The notes below the pieces were generated by a model. That model worked only from the letters and a program-made list of their open reading frames with translations. It was not told the DNA's origin and searched no databases. Shown one piece after another: positions 28,881 through 38,794 of a stretch of 64,000 bases of DNA. Every line of letters starts with the position of its first letter. The first letter of the stretch is position 1. The DNA comes from Bifidobacterium breve (GTDB lineage Bacteria > Actinomycetota > Actinomycetes > Nanopelagicales > Nanopelagicaceae). The position numbers and the translations under genes were made by a program. Where the stretch lies: contig CAMDBB010000007.1 of NCBI GenBank assembly GCA_945889195.1, positions 12,818-76,817 of the forward strand, in the 5' to 3' direction.

Positions 28881-31223
28881 GTGGTTGTGGCTAAGTCTTG
28901 GACTGATGATGCACCTCAACCTGTGGCGCTCAAAGATACGACGCATGTAAAAGATTCTTTTTCATACCGAGTAAAGCGCTTCTTCTTGGGCGGCGCACTT
29001 AACCGCCACACCTTGAGCCATCAGCGCCTAAGCAAGCGATATGCCCTCGGAATTCTTTCATCTGACTGCATCTCATCTTCTGCTTATGGTTCAGAACAGA
29101 TTTTGATTGCCCTCCTTCCAGCATTCGGATTAGCAGCATTCACCATCTTGATGCCGATGACGGGTGTTGTTCTGATTATCTTAATCATCATCACTCTTTC
29201 TTATCGCCATGTGATTCAGGTGTATACCAAAACTGGTGGCGCCTATATCGTCTCGCGCGATAACTTCGGCCCAGTAGTTGCACAAATCGCAGCTGTTGCC
29301 TTGATGCTTGATTACATCGTTACTCTTGCAATTCAATCTGCAGCAGGCGTTGCTGCAATCATCTCCACTTTCCCGTCTCTTGAGCCATACAAGATGCCGA
29401 TGATCTTTTCTGTCATCGTTCTCTTAACCTACGGAAACCTGCGCGGAGTTAAAGAGGCAGGAAAGGCTTTTGCATTCCCTACCTACTTCTTCGTGGGCTG
29501 CATGTTCATCGTCTTCGGAATGGGCCTATGGCGTCTTGCAAATGACACCTTGCCACTTCTTGAGACAGATCTGCCTGGAGCGATTCCACTCGGTGAAGAA
29601 CAAGGCTTACTAACATTTGCGGCGGTCTTTATTCTCTTGCGCGCATTTGCAAATGGTGGCTCTTCCCTTACAGGTCTTGAGGCAATCTCTGATGGCGTTG
29701 CTCTCTTCAAGGCGCCTGAACACGTTAATGCCAAGCGCACCTTGGTCATCATGAGCACCTTGCTCGGAACATTGGTTCTTGGTGTTTCTTACTTCGCGCA
29801 CCACATTCACGCAATGCCGTATGAAAATGGCGTGCCAACAGTTATCTCGCAGATTGCTAAAGCGACCGTGGGCGATAGCGGTTTCGGCACCTTTATGTTC
29901 ATCATGGTTCAGCTAGCAACGATGCTTATCTTGTTTGCTGGCGCCAACACCACCTACAGCGCATTCCCACTACTTGTTAACTTTGTGGCAGCCGATGGCT
30001 ATCTTCCACGCCAGCTCACAAAGCGTGGCCACCGTTTAGCTTTCTCTAACGGAATTCTCCTTCTTGCAGGTGGCGGCGCCTTCCTTGTATTGATTACACG
30101 AGGATCCGTTGAACACCTTGTTGCCTTCTATGCGCTTGGCGTATTTACCGGATTCACCTTGGCTGGATTTGGAATGACCAAATACTTCTTGCGCACCAAG
30201 CCAGAGAAGTGGAAGGTAAAGGTATTTGTAAACGGTCTTGCTGGAAGCGTTTCACTTCTCATAGTTCTTATTTTCTCTGTCGTGAAATTTACACAAGGTG
30301 CTTGGTTAGTTCTTGTGACTGCGCCGATTATGGTCTTTTCTCTCCTGCGTCTGCGCCGCCAATACTCCCGTGAACAAGGCGCCCTCTCTGTTAAATCACA
30401 TCAAGAGCGAGCAACTTCGATGTCACGCCACAACGTCACAATCTTTATTGACAGCGTTGATATTGCAACTGTGGGTGCGGTTCGTTATGCAAGAAGTTTG
30501 AAGCCACACAAGTTAAAGGCTGTTCACTTTGTTATCGATGACCGTCGCGCTGAAGAGATTCAAAAGGCTTGGGCTGAATCAGAAGCTCTTGAAGATGTTC
30601 AATTAGATTTGATTGACTGCCCAGATCGCCGAATCGCTAATTCAGCGCTCGACTACGCAATACGTAAGACTGAGAAGCCAGATGTTGAGCTAACGATTCT
30701 CTTGCCGCGACGTTCATATTCTCGCTTCTTAGGAAGATTGCTCCACGATCAAACTGCTGAAGAGATTGCAGCGCCAATTTCTCAGCTTGAACGTGTAGTT
30801 GCAACGATTGTTCCTTTTGATGTCAACAGAATTACTTCTGGAAAGAACCAGCTCGTTAGTCGTCCGGTAGCGAGTTCACCTGTTGCAAAACCTGAGGTTG
30901 CTAAGCCAGTACAGATCGCTCCTAAAGAGTTTGCACCAGTGACTCACCACGCTGACGATGTAACCCCAATCGGTTCTATCGAATGGCGTAAGCGCTCAAA
31001 GGTGCATGGACGAGTGACCTCTATTTCAACTGCTCCACGTGGTTCTGCACCGATGCTGCAGGTCGAAGTCTGGGATGAGACCGGTGGAATCACTCTTAAC
31101 TTCCTCGGACGTCGTGAAATAGCTGGCCTAGAAGTTGGCCTAGAAATGCGCGCTGAAGGTATGGTCGGAGAAGAAGAGGGTCAATTGACTATCTTGAATC
31201 CATCGTACGAGCTACTTATCTGA
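28881..31223 (+). CDS. APC-family permease fused to a cytoplasmic USP-like region and a C-terminal OB-fold domain
   Basis: 780 aa with about 12 TM segments (LSSDCISSSAYGSEQIL..). The middle region is soluble. The last roughly 90 aa (VHGRVTSISTAPRGSAPMLQVEVWDETGGITLNFLGRREIAGLEVG..LNPSYELL) match the small actinobacterial OB-fold protein pattern I remember. Confidence 0.8.
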   Translation: MVVAKSWTDDAPQPVALKDTTHVKDSFSYRVKRFFLGGALNRHTLSHQRLSKRYALGILSSDCISSSAYGSEQILIALLPAFGLAAFTILMPMTGVVLIILIIITLSYRHVIQVYTKTGGAYIVSRDNFGPVVAQIAAVALMLDYIVTLAIQSAAGVAAIISTFPSLEPYKMPMIFSVIVLLTYGNLRGVKEAGKAFAFPTYFFVGCMFIVFGMGLWRLANDTLPLLETDLPGAIPLGEEQGLLTFAAVFILLRAFANGGSSLTGLEAISDGVALFKAPEHVNAKRTLVIMSTLLGTLVLGVSYFAHHIHAMPYENGVPTVISQIAKATVGDSGFGTFMFIMVQLATMLILFAGANTTYSAFPLLVNFVAADGYLPRQLTKRGHRLAFSNGILLLAGGGAFLVLITRGSVEHLVAFYALGVFTGFTLAGFGMTKYFLRTKPEKWKVKVFVNGLAGSVSLLIVLIFSVVKFTQGAWLVLVTAPIMVFSLLRLRRQYSREQGALSVKSHQERATSMSRHNVTIFIDSVDIATVGAVRYARSLKPHKLKAVHFVIDDRRAEEIQKAWAESEALEDVQLDLIDCPDRRIANSALDYAIRKTEKPDVELTILLPRRSYSRFLGRLLHDQTAEEIAAPISQLERVVATIVPFDVNRITSGKNQLVSRPVASSPVAKPEVAKPVQIAPKEFAPVTHHADDVTPIGSIEWRKRSKVHGRVTSISTAPRGSAPMLQVEVWDETGGITLNFLGRREIAGLEVGLEMRAEGMVGEEEGQLTILNPSYELLI

Positions 31224-31703
31224 GAAGAAATCTTTCAGTAGCGCAGCGCATTCTTTCTCGAGTACTCCAGCTGTTACCTCCACCTTAAATATCGATCGTG
31301 GGTCCCGTAGAACATCCCAGATTGAACCAACAGCGCCAGCCTTTTCATCCCATGCCCCAAAGATCACTCGTGAGATGCGAGATTGAGCAATCGCACCAGC
31401 ACACATGGCGCAGGGCTCTAGAGTCACAATCAGCGTGCAACCGTCGAGCCGAGAATTTTGTAATCTGCTGGCAGCGTTGCGAATCGCCACAATCTCAGCG
31501 TGCGCAGTCGGATCGTTATTTGCTTCACGTTCGTTGGAACCTTTACCGATGACAATTCCATCTTTATTGATAACTAGCGCACCGACAGGGACATCGCCGC
31601 TTGAAGTTGCAGATGAGGCGATTGCAATTGCATCTCGCATCAGTTCTTCGGGTGTGCGTAGAGAAATTTTATGACTCCAAGACTTCGGTGAGTTGATCCC
31701 CAA
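31212..31703 (-). CDS. tadA: tRNA adenosine(34) deaminase
   Basis: HAE..PCAMCAGA deaminase zinc motifs. The start is uncertain: TTG 31703 overlaps the upstream gene by 35 nt, and ATG 31640 is the alternative. Confidence 0.88.
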   Translation of the reverse strand: MGINSPKSWSHKISLRTPEELMRDAIAIASSATSSGDVPVGALVINKDGIVIGKGSNEREANNDPTAHAEIVAIRNAASRLQNSRLDGCTLIVTLEPCAMCAGAIAQSRISRVIFGAWDEKAGAVGSIWDVLRDPRSIFKVEVTAGVLEKECAALLKDFFSDK

Positions 31704-32154
31704 ACCCTAACCGGACAGCGATTGCTTCGATAAATTCATCGGGATATAAATCTGCATCATCACAGAGCGTTGAAAGTTCCATGCCGTTAAGTCCAAGGTC
31801 TGCAAAAATATCTAAATCGCCAGCTGGTAGCGGTTCGTCATCTTCTTCTGGTCCATCAATATCGGCGAGCTCTAGAAATTCTGCAGCAACTTCATAATCC
31901 ATTGCGCATGTAACATCGCTAATAAAATATTTAATGTGAGTTCCAAGAACGCGGATTGCAAGAAGAAATTCATCATCAATTGCAACCAGCGCGATGGCGC
32001 CACCATTTGTCTGTTGCTTCTTAAGTCGGTCGATGATGTGAGTTAGGTCATCTGGCTCAGGAAGGCGCGCAACGGTCCAGCGGCCATCTTCATGCCACGC
32101 CTCAATCGCAAAGTCTTGGGTTACATCTGACACATCTCCCATATTGGCACTCAT
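31669..32154 (-). CDS. tRNA adenosine deaminase-associated protein (acidic)
   Basis: Acidic protein immediately upstream of tadA (EAWHEDGRWTV..DDEF..DIFADLG..). It fits the actinobacterial family of that name as I recall it. I trim the start to ATG 32154 to avoid an overlap with the divergent upp start. Confidence 0.65.
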   Translation of the reverse strand: MSANMGDVSDVTQDFAIEAWHEDGRWTVARLPEPDDLTHIIDRLKKQQTNGGAIALVAIDDEFLLAIRVLGTHIKYFISDVTCAMDYEVAAEFLELADIDGPEEDDEPLPAGDLDIFADLGLNGMELSTLCDDADLYPDEFIEAIAVRLGFGDQLTEVLES

Positions 32155-32188
32155 TGAGTGGGATTGAAAGCCCTGTAAGGTAGGTGAC

Positions 32189-32827
32189 ATGAAAGTTCAC
32201 GTTGCTAATCACCCGCTGATCTCTCACAAATTGACTGTTCTGCGCGACGAAAGAACCGATTCTCCGACTTTCCGCCTACTTGTCTCTGAGCTAGTAACTC
32301 TTCTTGCATATGAAGCCACTCGCGATGTGCGCACCAAGACAGTTTCAATCAAAACTCCAGTTACCGAAACAACTGGACTTGTCATGGCGGATCCGCGCCC
32401 AGTTGTAGTCCCAATCCTGCGCGCAGGTCTTGGAATGCTCGACGGCATGACGAAACTTCTTCCAACGGCGCAAGTTGGATTCCTTGGCATGGTTCGCGAT
32501 GAAGAAACTTTGCAGGCAAGCACATATGCCAATCGACTTCCTGAAGATTTATCAGGTCGCCAGGTATTTGTCCTAGATCCAATGTTGGCAACTGGTGGCA
32601 CGTTAGTTGCAGCATTTGAATATCTGATTGAACGCGGCGCCAACGAGATCACTGCCATCTGTTTGCTGGCAGCACCTGAAGGCATCAAAGTATTAGAAGA
32701 TGCATTTAAGAACTCTGGTGTTCCAATTACTCTCGTTACAGGTTCTTTAGATGAGAAGCTCAATGAAAAGGGCTACATCGTTCCAGGTCTAGGAGATGCT
32801 GGCGATCGACTTTACGGTGTCGTATAA
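32189..32827 (+). CDS. upp: uracil phosphoribosyltransferase
   Basis: 212 aa with [15 protein letters not shown] motif and [13 protein letters not shown]-terminus. Confidence 0.93.
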   Translation: MKVHVANHPLISHKLTVLRDERTDSPTFRLLVSELVTLLAYEATRDVRTKTVSIKTPVTETTGLVMADPRPVVVPILRAGLGMLDGMTKLLPTAQVGFLGMVRDEETLQASTYANRLPEDLSGRQVFVLDPMLATGGTLVAAFEYLIERGANEITAICLLAAPEGIKVLEDAFKNSGVPITLVTGSLDEKLNEKGYIVPGLGDAGDRLYGVV

Positions 32828-34204
32828 ATGGCATCAACATCCCCCGGATACGGAATCACGATTCGCGTTGAAGGATCCCCTGAACTTCAGCCTGTAGCTC
32901 TGATTACAACAACAATTACAAATGCTGGTGCAACAATTACCGCCCTCGACGTTGTTGAATCTCTATTAGAGAAAGTTGTTATCGACGTAACCTGCGACAC
33001 CATTGATGCTGAGCATGCTCAGAACATCCATAACGCGCTCTCTGCACATGATGGGCTGACAGTTCGCAAGGTCAGTGATCGAACATTCTTGCTTCACCTC
33101 GGTGGAAAGATTGAAGTTACTTCAAAGGTTCCGCTTAAAACTCGTGATGATTTATCTCGTGCCTACACACCTGGCGTTGCTCGTATCTCACAAGCGATCG
33201 TTGATGATCCATCTGACGTTCGCCGCCTGACGATGAAGCGCAATACCGTCGCTGTAGTCACCGATGGTTCAGCGGTACTGGGGCTTGGAAATATCGGGCC
33301 ATCGGCAGCTCTGCCCGTGATGGAAGGTAAGGCTGCGCTCTTTAAGAGATTCGCCAACGTTGATGCATGGCCGGTCTGCCTTGATACCCAAGATGTAGAT
33401 GAAATCGTTCGCACAGTGCAGTTGATTGCACCTGTATACGGCGGAATCAATTTAGAAGATATCTCAGCTCCGCGCTGCTTTGAAGTAGAACGACGACTAC
33501 GCGAACTTTTGGATATTCCTGTCTTTCATGACGATCAACATGGAACTGCAATTGTGGTTCTGGCAGCGTTACGCAACGCGCTGAAGTTGGTCAAGAAAGA
33601 TATTTCTAAGGTGAAGATCATTATGAGCGGTGCGGGCGCTGCTGGAACTGCGATAGCTCGTCTACTAGTTTTAAGTGGTGCGACCAACATCATCGCCTTC
33701 GATATAGATGGCGTGATTAGCAAAGATTCACCTTCTGAAGATTCCATGCGTGACTGGTTTATTGAGAACTCAAATAAGGAGAACTTCAAGGGCGATATCC
33801 ATCAGGCGATGAACGGTGCAGATATCTTCATCGGCGTAAGCGCCCCTAAGGTCCTTAATGAAGCTGATGTGAAATCAATGGCTGCTGGTTCTATTGTCTT
33901 TGCCTTAGCTAACCCAGACCCAGAGATTGACCCTGTCATTGCACGTAAATATGCAGCTGTAGTTGCAACAGGGCGAAGCGATCACCCAAATCAGATTAAT
34001 AACGTACTGGCATTTCCTGGAATCTTCCGCGGATTACTTGATGCACACGCGCATAAGATCACAGATAAGTTACTTGTTGCCGCCGCAGAGGCAATTGCTG
34101 ATTGTGTGAGTGAAGCGCAACTCAACACATCATTTATCGTTCCCAGCGTCTTCGATCCAAATGTGGTGACAAAGGTTGCTGCTGCAGTCAAGAAGTCGGT
34201 GTAA
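32828..34204 (+). CDS. NAD(P)-dependent malic enzyme with N-terminal ACT-like segment
   Basis: 458 aa with YTPGVA, VVTDGSAVLGLGNIGP.AALPVMEGKA and GAGAAG Rossmann motifs. Confidence 0.9.
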   Translation: MASTSPGYGITIRVEGSPELQPVALITTTITNAGATITALDVVESLLEKVVIDVTCDTIDAEHAQNIHNALSAHDGLTVRKVSDRTFLLHLGGKIEVTSKVPLKTRDDLSRAYTPGVARISQAIVDDPSDVRRLTMKRNTVAVVTDGSAVLGLGNIGPSAALPVMEGKAALFKRFANVDAWPVCLDTQDVDEIVRTVQLIAPVYGGINLEDISAPRCFEVERRLRELLDIPVFHDDQHGTAIVVLAALRNALKLVKKDISKVKIIMSGAGAAGTAIARLLVLSGATNIIAFDIDGVISKDSPSEDSMRDWFIENSNKENFKGDIHQAMNGADIFIGVSAPKVLNEADVKSMAAGSIVFALANPDPEIDPVIARKYAAVVATGRSDHPNQINNVLAFPGIFRGLLDAHAHKITDKLLVAAAEAIADCVSEAQLNTSFIVPSVFDPNVVTKVAAAVKKSV

Positions 34205-34824
34205 TGGAACTCTTCACTTCGATTGATTCGCAATTTGCAGATATCGGGCCGCTTCTTCTCTACTTAATTGTTGGCGCTATCGTCTTCTTCGAATCTGCAG
34301 TGCTCATTGGCATATTTCTACCTGGCAGCTCAATCCTCTTTAGCGCAGGCTTAGTTGCGGCCTCTGAAGATAATGTCAGTATTTCAGCGCTTCTCACCCT
34401 GATTTTTATAGCTGCCTTCTTCGGCAATCAGGTGGGCTTTGTTCTAGGACGCACATTTGGTCGCTCCTACCTCAATAAGAGAAAGTCGCCCAAACTTCAG
34501 AAAGTTATCCTTAAGTGCGAACGTTTCTATGAAAAATCAGGTTGGTGGTCAGTTGTTGCAGCTCGCTTTATTCCTTGGGTGAGAACTCTTGTGCCACCGA
34601 TTGCAGGTGCATCCAAGATGCCTTACTACGAATTTCTCGCCGCTAATGTTGTTGGGGCGCTAGCTTGGGGCGTTGGTATTACCTTAGCCGGTTACTACAC
34701 AGCTTCAATTCCAGGAGTTAAAACATTTACCTACGCAATTGCAGGCTTCTTTATTCTTGGCTCAATCGTCTCCGCGATTGTTGATTATTTACGCCGCCGA
34801 CGATCACCCCAAGATAAGTCATAG
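34204..34824 (+). CDS. DedA-family membrane protein
   Basis: 206 aa, multi-TM. The DedA/VTT pattern is present (FFES.. PGSS). Confidence 0.8.
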   Translation: MELFTSIDSQFADIGPLLLYLIVGAIVFFESAVLIGIFLPGSSILFSAGLVAASEDNVSISALLTLIFIAAFFGNQVGFVLGRTFGRSYLNKRKSPKLQKVILKCERFYEKSGWWSVVAARFIPWVRTLVPPIAGASKMPYYEFLAANVVGALAWGVGITLAGYYTASIPGVKTFTYAIAGFFILGSIVSAIVDYLRRRRSPQDKS

Positions 34825-35710
34825 CAATTCCAGTAACAAGATAAGCGCTTACTTGTACGCCTTGAGTTGGTGAATAGATATCAATTAAGAGTGAGCCCAC
34901 TAATTGGCCTCCAACGCTATAAAGCGTAAATGTCAGAACTCCTAGGTGCTGCACAATCAATGAAGTAAATGCAATGTAGATAACGCCGATAACTCCACCT
35001 GTGTAGATCCACCAAGGTCCAGCGGGTAGAGGTGCAATTTCGGTGTTACCTAGAGCAACAGCAATCGCTAAAAAGATGACAAGGAAAGAAGTTCCCATGA
35101 TGAAGTTAAGAAATGAGGTAGTAAAGCTCTGATGTGAATGTTCATTAATTTGACCATTAAGAGCGCGCTGCACGCCAACAATTGCTCCAGCCACACAACC
35201 CATGAAAACGGCAAAGAGTGAGAGGTTGCTGGCATCGATACGGTCGACGACAGAGATAAAGACTGCAAAGACTGTAAAGAAGGCAGCAGCAATACGTCGT
35301 GGGGTGATGTGCTTCTTTCCCCCGCCAGTAAGTCCTATGCGATCGACAATCAGAGATGCTGCTGTCTGGCCCGCAATTGATGCAACCGAATAGATAGCAA
35401 CACCAATGAGTGGAACGATATGAGTCTGTACCGCTACAAAACTGCCGCCGAGCGCTCCGGCAAAGAGAGTCCAGGTAGGGATTTCTTTTCGGGCTACTGC
35501 ACCGCGTAAATTGCGCGCACCTTCTTTAATGGCAGGGCTAAAGGCTGCGATAACCGCGATGATGATGAGGCCTGAACCAAAGGAGACAAGGGCAGCTTGC
35601 ACGCCATTGCCGAGTAGATGTGAAAGTTCGCCATTAGCGCGCGCTTGTACAGCAATCATCAGCCCTGAGAGAGCGGCGAGAAAATCTAGGCGCTGCGTCT
35701 TTCTCAACAT
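34751..35710 (-). CDS. DMT-superfamily transporter (two DUF606-like halves)
   Basis: 319 aa with about 10 TM segments and internal duplication. The 3' end overlaps the convergent dedA-like gene by 74 nt. Confidence 0.6.
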   Translation of the reverse strand: MLRKTQRLDFLAALSGLMIAVQARANGELSHLLGNGVQAALVSFGSGLIIIAVIAAFSPAIKEGARNLRGAVARKEIPTWTLFAGALGGSFVAVQTHIVPLIGVAIYSVASIAGQTAASLIVDRIGLTGGGKKHITPRRIAAAFFTVFAVFISVVDRIDASNLSLFAVFMGCVAGAIVGVQRALNGQINEHSHQSFTTSFLNFIMGTSFLVIFLAIAVALGNTEIAPLPAGPWWIYTGGVIGVIYIAFTSLIVQHLGVLTFTLYSVGGQLVGSLLIDIYSPTQGVQVSAYLVTGIAMTYLGVIVGGVNNQQSRRRLSQE

Positions 35711-35722
35711 CGAGCCATTCTA

Positions 35723-37495
35723 TTAACTTTCGAGAGCCAGCGTTATCTCTAGCCACTCTTCTTCTCGTGCGACTAGGTCACTCTCAACGGTGGCAATCTC
35801 TGCACTTAGTTCAAGTAACTTATCAGGGCTAAAGGCTGCTGCCTCAAGTTCAGATTTCAACTGCGCCAAACGTTCTTTACCTTTTGCTACTTGACGCTCC
35901 ACTCGCGTTAAATCCTTCTTAAGCTGACGTTGTTGTGCAGCGTTTGAGACCGAACCTTCCTTTGAAGAGGAATCTGTCGAAGGTGCACTGCTTGCTGCTC
36001 TCTGTTCTAGGTACTGATCTACTCCGCGAGGTAAGTCACGCAAGACTTTATCGCCGAGCAATCCATAGAAGCGATCGCAGACTCGTTCCAGGAAGTATCT
36101 ATCGTGCGAAATAACAATCAAAGTTCCGCCATAACTATCCAGCAGATCTTCTAGTTCAGTCAGGGTTTCGATATCGAAATCATTCGTTGGCTCATCAAGA
36201 AGCAAGACATTTGGTGAATCCATCAAGAGTCGCGTTAACTGCAGACGGCGGCGTTCTCCACCGGATAGATCGCCTACAGGCGTCCACTGTGCATCGCGAT
36301 CAAAGCCAAGTCGTTCACAGAGCTGAGAAGCCGAAAGCGTCTTACCTTTGCCAATTTCAACATGTGTTGCCACTTTCTCAACTGCTTCAAGCAGGCGCCA
36401 CTTCGGGTCCAACTCATCCAAGTGCTGGGTAAGAAATGCAATCTTTACAGTAATTCCAGTAACGAGCTTTCCGGAAGTTGGCTTAAGTTGGCCAGCTAAA
36501 GTGCGCATCAGAGTTGTCTTTCCGGCGCCGTTAATGCCGACAATTCCTATGCGATCTCCTGGACCTACATTCCACGTGAGGTCGTGAATTAACTCTTTTT
36601 CACCAGCTTGAATCTGCGCGTGATGGAGTTCAAAGACTGTGTTTCCAAGTCGGTTAAGTGCAAACTTCAAGAGTTCAGTTGAATCACGTGGGGCTGGCTC
36701 TGCCGAAATCAATTCATTGGCAGCATCAACACGGAACTTCGGCTTTGTAGTACGCGCAGGTGCGCCACGACGTAACCAAGCCAGCTCTTTACGAATCAGA
36801 TTATTACGTCTGGCATCCATCGCATTTGCTTGTCTGGCACGTTCAGCTTTTGCAAGCACAAATGCAGAGTAGCCACCGTCATACTCTTCAACTTTTCCGA
36901 GCACAACTTCCCAGGTGCGATCTGTAACTGCATCGAGAAACCAACGATCGTGCGTAACAACTAAGACTGCTAAATCTTTACGTGCATTGAGATGCTCAGC
37001 CAACCAAGCCACACCTTCGACATCAAGATGGTTTGTTGGCTCATCAAGAAGGATGAGATCTAGTTCATCAATAAGTAGTTTTGCCAAACCTACGCGACGT
37101 TTTTCTCCACCGGATAAAGATGCAAAAGTTCTTTCAAAGAGGTGATCATCAAAGCCACCAAAGAGGCCGGTAAATATCTCGCGGATTCGTGCATCACTTG
37201 CCCATTCATGTTTCTCGCGATTTCCAATGACAACATCCCCAACGGTTGCATCTTTGGAAGCAGTATCTACTTGAGAGAGAATTCCAATACGCGAACTATT
37301 GGATTTTGTGACTCTTCCTGCATCAGGGTCTTCAACTCCTGCAATGATCTTCATCAAAGTGCTCTTGCCAGAGCCGTTTCGACCCACAATTCCAATGCGA
37401 TCGCCCTCAGAAACACCTAAGGAAACTTGATCCAATAATGGGCGAATATCAAAGGCTTTAGAGACCTCTTCGATATTCACAACGTTGCGCGCCAC
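35723..37495 (-). CDS. ABC-F family ATPase (two NBDs, C-terminal coiled coil)
   Basis: 590 aa. Two Walker A motifs (GRNGSGKST, GINGAGKTT), two LSGGE signatures, no TM domain. Confidence 0.9.
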   Translation of the reverse strand: MARNVVNIEEVSKAFDIRPLLDQVSLGVSEGDRIGIVGRNGSGKSTLMKIIAGVEDPDAGRVTKSNSSRIGILSQVDTASKDATVGDVVIGNREKHEWASDARIREIFTGLFGGFDDHLFERTFASLSGGEKRRVGLAKLLIDELDLILLDEPTNHLDVEGVAWLAEHLNARKDLAVLVVTHDRWFLDAVTDRTWEVVLGKVEEYDGGYSAFVLAKAERARQANAMDARRNNLIRKELAWLRRGAPARTTKPKFRVDAANELISAEPAPRDSTELLKFALNRLGNTVFELHHAQIQAGEKELIHDLTWNVGPGDRIGIVGINGAGKTTLMRTLAGQLKPTSGKLVTGITVKIAFLTQHLDELDPKWRLLEAVEKVATHVEIGKGKTLSASQLCERLGFDRDAQWTPVGDLSGGERRRLQLTRLLMDSPNVLLLDEPTNDFDIETLTELEDLLDSYGGTLIVISHDRYFLERVCDRFYGLLGDKVLRDLPRGVDQYLEQRAASSAPSTDSSSKEGSVSNAAQQRQLKKDLTRVERQVAKGKERLAQLKSELEAAAFSPDKLLELSAEIATVESDLVAREEEWLEITLALES

Positions 37496-37519
37496 GGTAG
37501 GAGAGCGTACCTTTGAACT

Positions 37520-38794
37520 ATGAAGGTCACTGACCGCGAATACGCGCTAGAGCTAGATCAGAACGATCCATTGGCGGGATATAGAAGTAAATTTGTTATT
37601 ACCGACCCCAATCTCTGTTACCTCGATGGCAATTCATTGGGTCGTCTCCCCCATGCAACCGTCAAGGCTGTGAGTGATTTCCTTTCGCAGGAATGGGGCA
37701 ATGAGGTTGTCACCGGCTGGTCTCACTGGATTGATGAGGCGCAGGTTGCTGGCGATTTATTGGGGCGTGCCGTCTTAGGTGCAGCTCCTGGGCAAGTTCT
37801 GGTCTGCGATACAACATCGGTAAATTTCTATCAGCTCTGTGTGGCTGCAATCAAAGCGCGTCCAGGGCGCAAGACGGTTATTACCGATGCTGCCAACTTT
37901 CCAACAGATAGATACATACTTAAAGGAATTGCAGAGCAATTTGGTCTCAACTTGGTCATCATCGATAACGAAGATCCCGCTATCGCTGAAAATGAATTGA
38001 TTACTGCAGAACTTCTCGAGAAATACATGTCTGAAGATGTAGCGATGGTTACTTTTGAGGTTATCCAATACCGCTCTGGTGCAAGAACTGATATTCAATC
38101 TGTAACAGATTTGGCACGTTCTTACGGTGCTCTTGTCGTATGGGATGCCAGCCATGCAGCCGGTGCCATTGAAATGAACTTTGATGCATGTGGTGTAGAT
38201 CTGGCAGTTGGTTGCACCTACAAGTACGGCAACTCTGGCCCCGGTTCACCTGCCTGGCTCTATGTAAATAAGAAGATTCAGAAAGAGCTACAGGTCCCAA
38301 TTCTTGGATGGTTCGGAAATGAAGATCAATTCGGGATGGGCCCTGACTTTGTGAAGGCAGAAGGCATTCGTGGTTTCCAGATTGCCAGCCCCTCGATTAT
38401 TGGAATTCGTGGAGTACAAGTTGCCTTTGCCATGATTGAAGAAGCTGGCATCGATGTCATTGCTAGCAAGGCGGCAATTGGTACTCAGATGATGATTGAT
38501 CTCTACGATGAATGGTTGGCACCGCTTGGCTACACACTCTTAACTTCACGAAATCCAAAAGAGCGCGGTGGGCATATCTCAATCGGGCATCCAGATGCTG
38601 CGCGCATCTGTGTAGCGCTTCGTAAATTTGCCAACGTGATTCCTGATTACCGCACTCCCAATGCAATTCGCTTAGCGATAGCACCGCTGCCGACTTCATA
38701 CGTTGAAATCTGGGATGGCTTCCAACGTATTCGCGACCTTACGCAAACCCGTCAATATGAGAAGGTAGAAGGATCGGATTCCCGAGTCACATGA
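37520..38794 (+). CDS. kynU: kynureninase
   Basis: 424 aa with YLDGNSLG, DTTS.N, NFPTD and GCTYKYGNSGPG (PLP Lys), as in bacterial KynU. Confidence 0.88.
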   Translation: MKVTDREYALELDQNDPLAGYRSKFVITDPNLCYLDGNSLGRLPHATVKAVSDFLSQEWGNEVVTGWSHWIDEAQVAGDLLGRAVLGAAPGQVLVCDTTSVNFYQLCVAAIKARPGRKTVITDAANFPTDRYILKGIAEQFGLNLVIIDNEDPAIAENELITAELLEKYMSEDVAMVTFEVIQYRSGARTDIQSVTDLARSYGALVVWDASHAAGAIEMNFDACGVDLAVGCTYKYGNSGPGSPAWLYVNKKIQKELQVPILGWFGNEDQFGMGPDFVKAEGIRGFQIASPSIIGIRGVQVAFAMIEEAGIDVIASKAAIGTQMMIDLYDEWLAPLGYTLLTSRNPKERGGHISIGHPDAARICVALRKFANVIPDYRTPNAIRLAIAPLPTSYVEIWDGFQRIRDLTQTRQYEKVEGSDSRVT

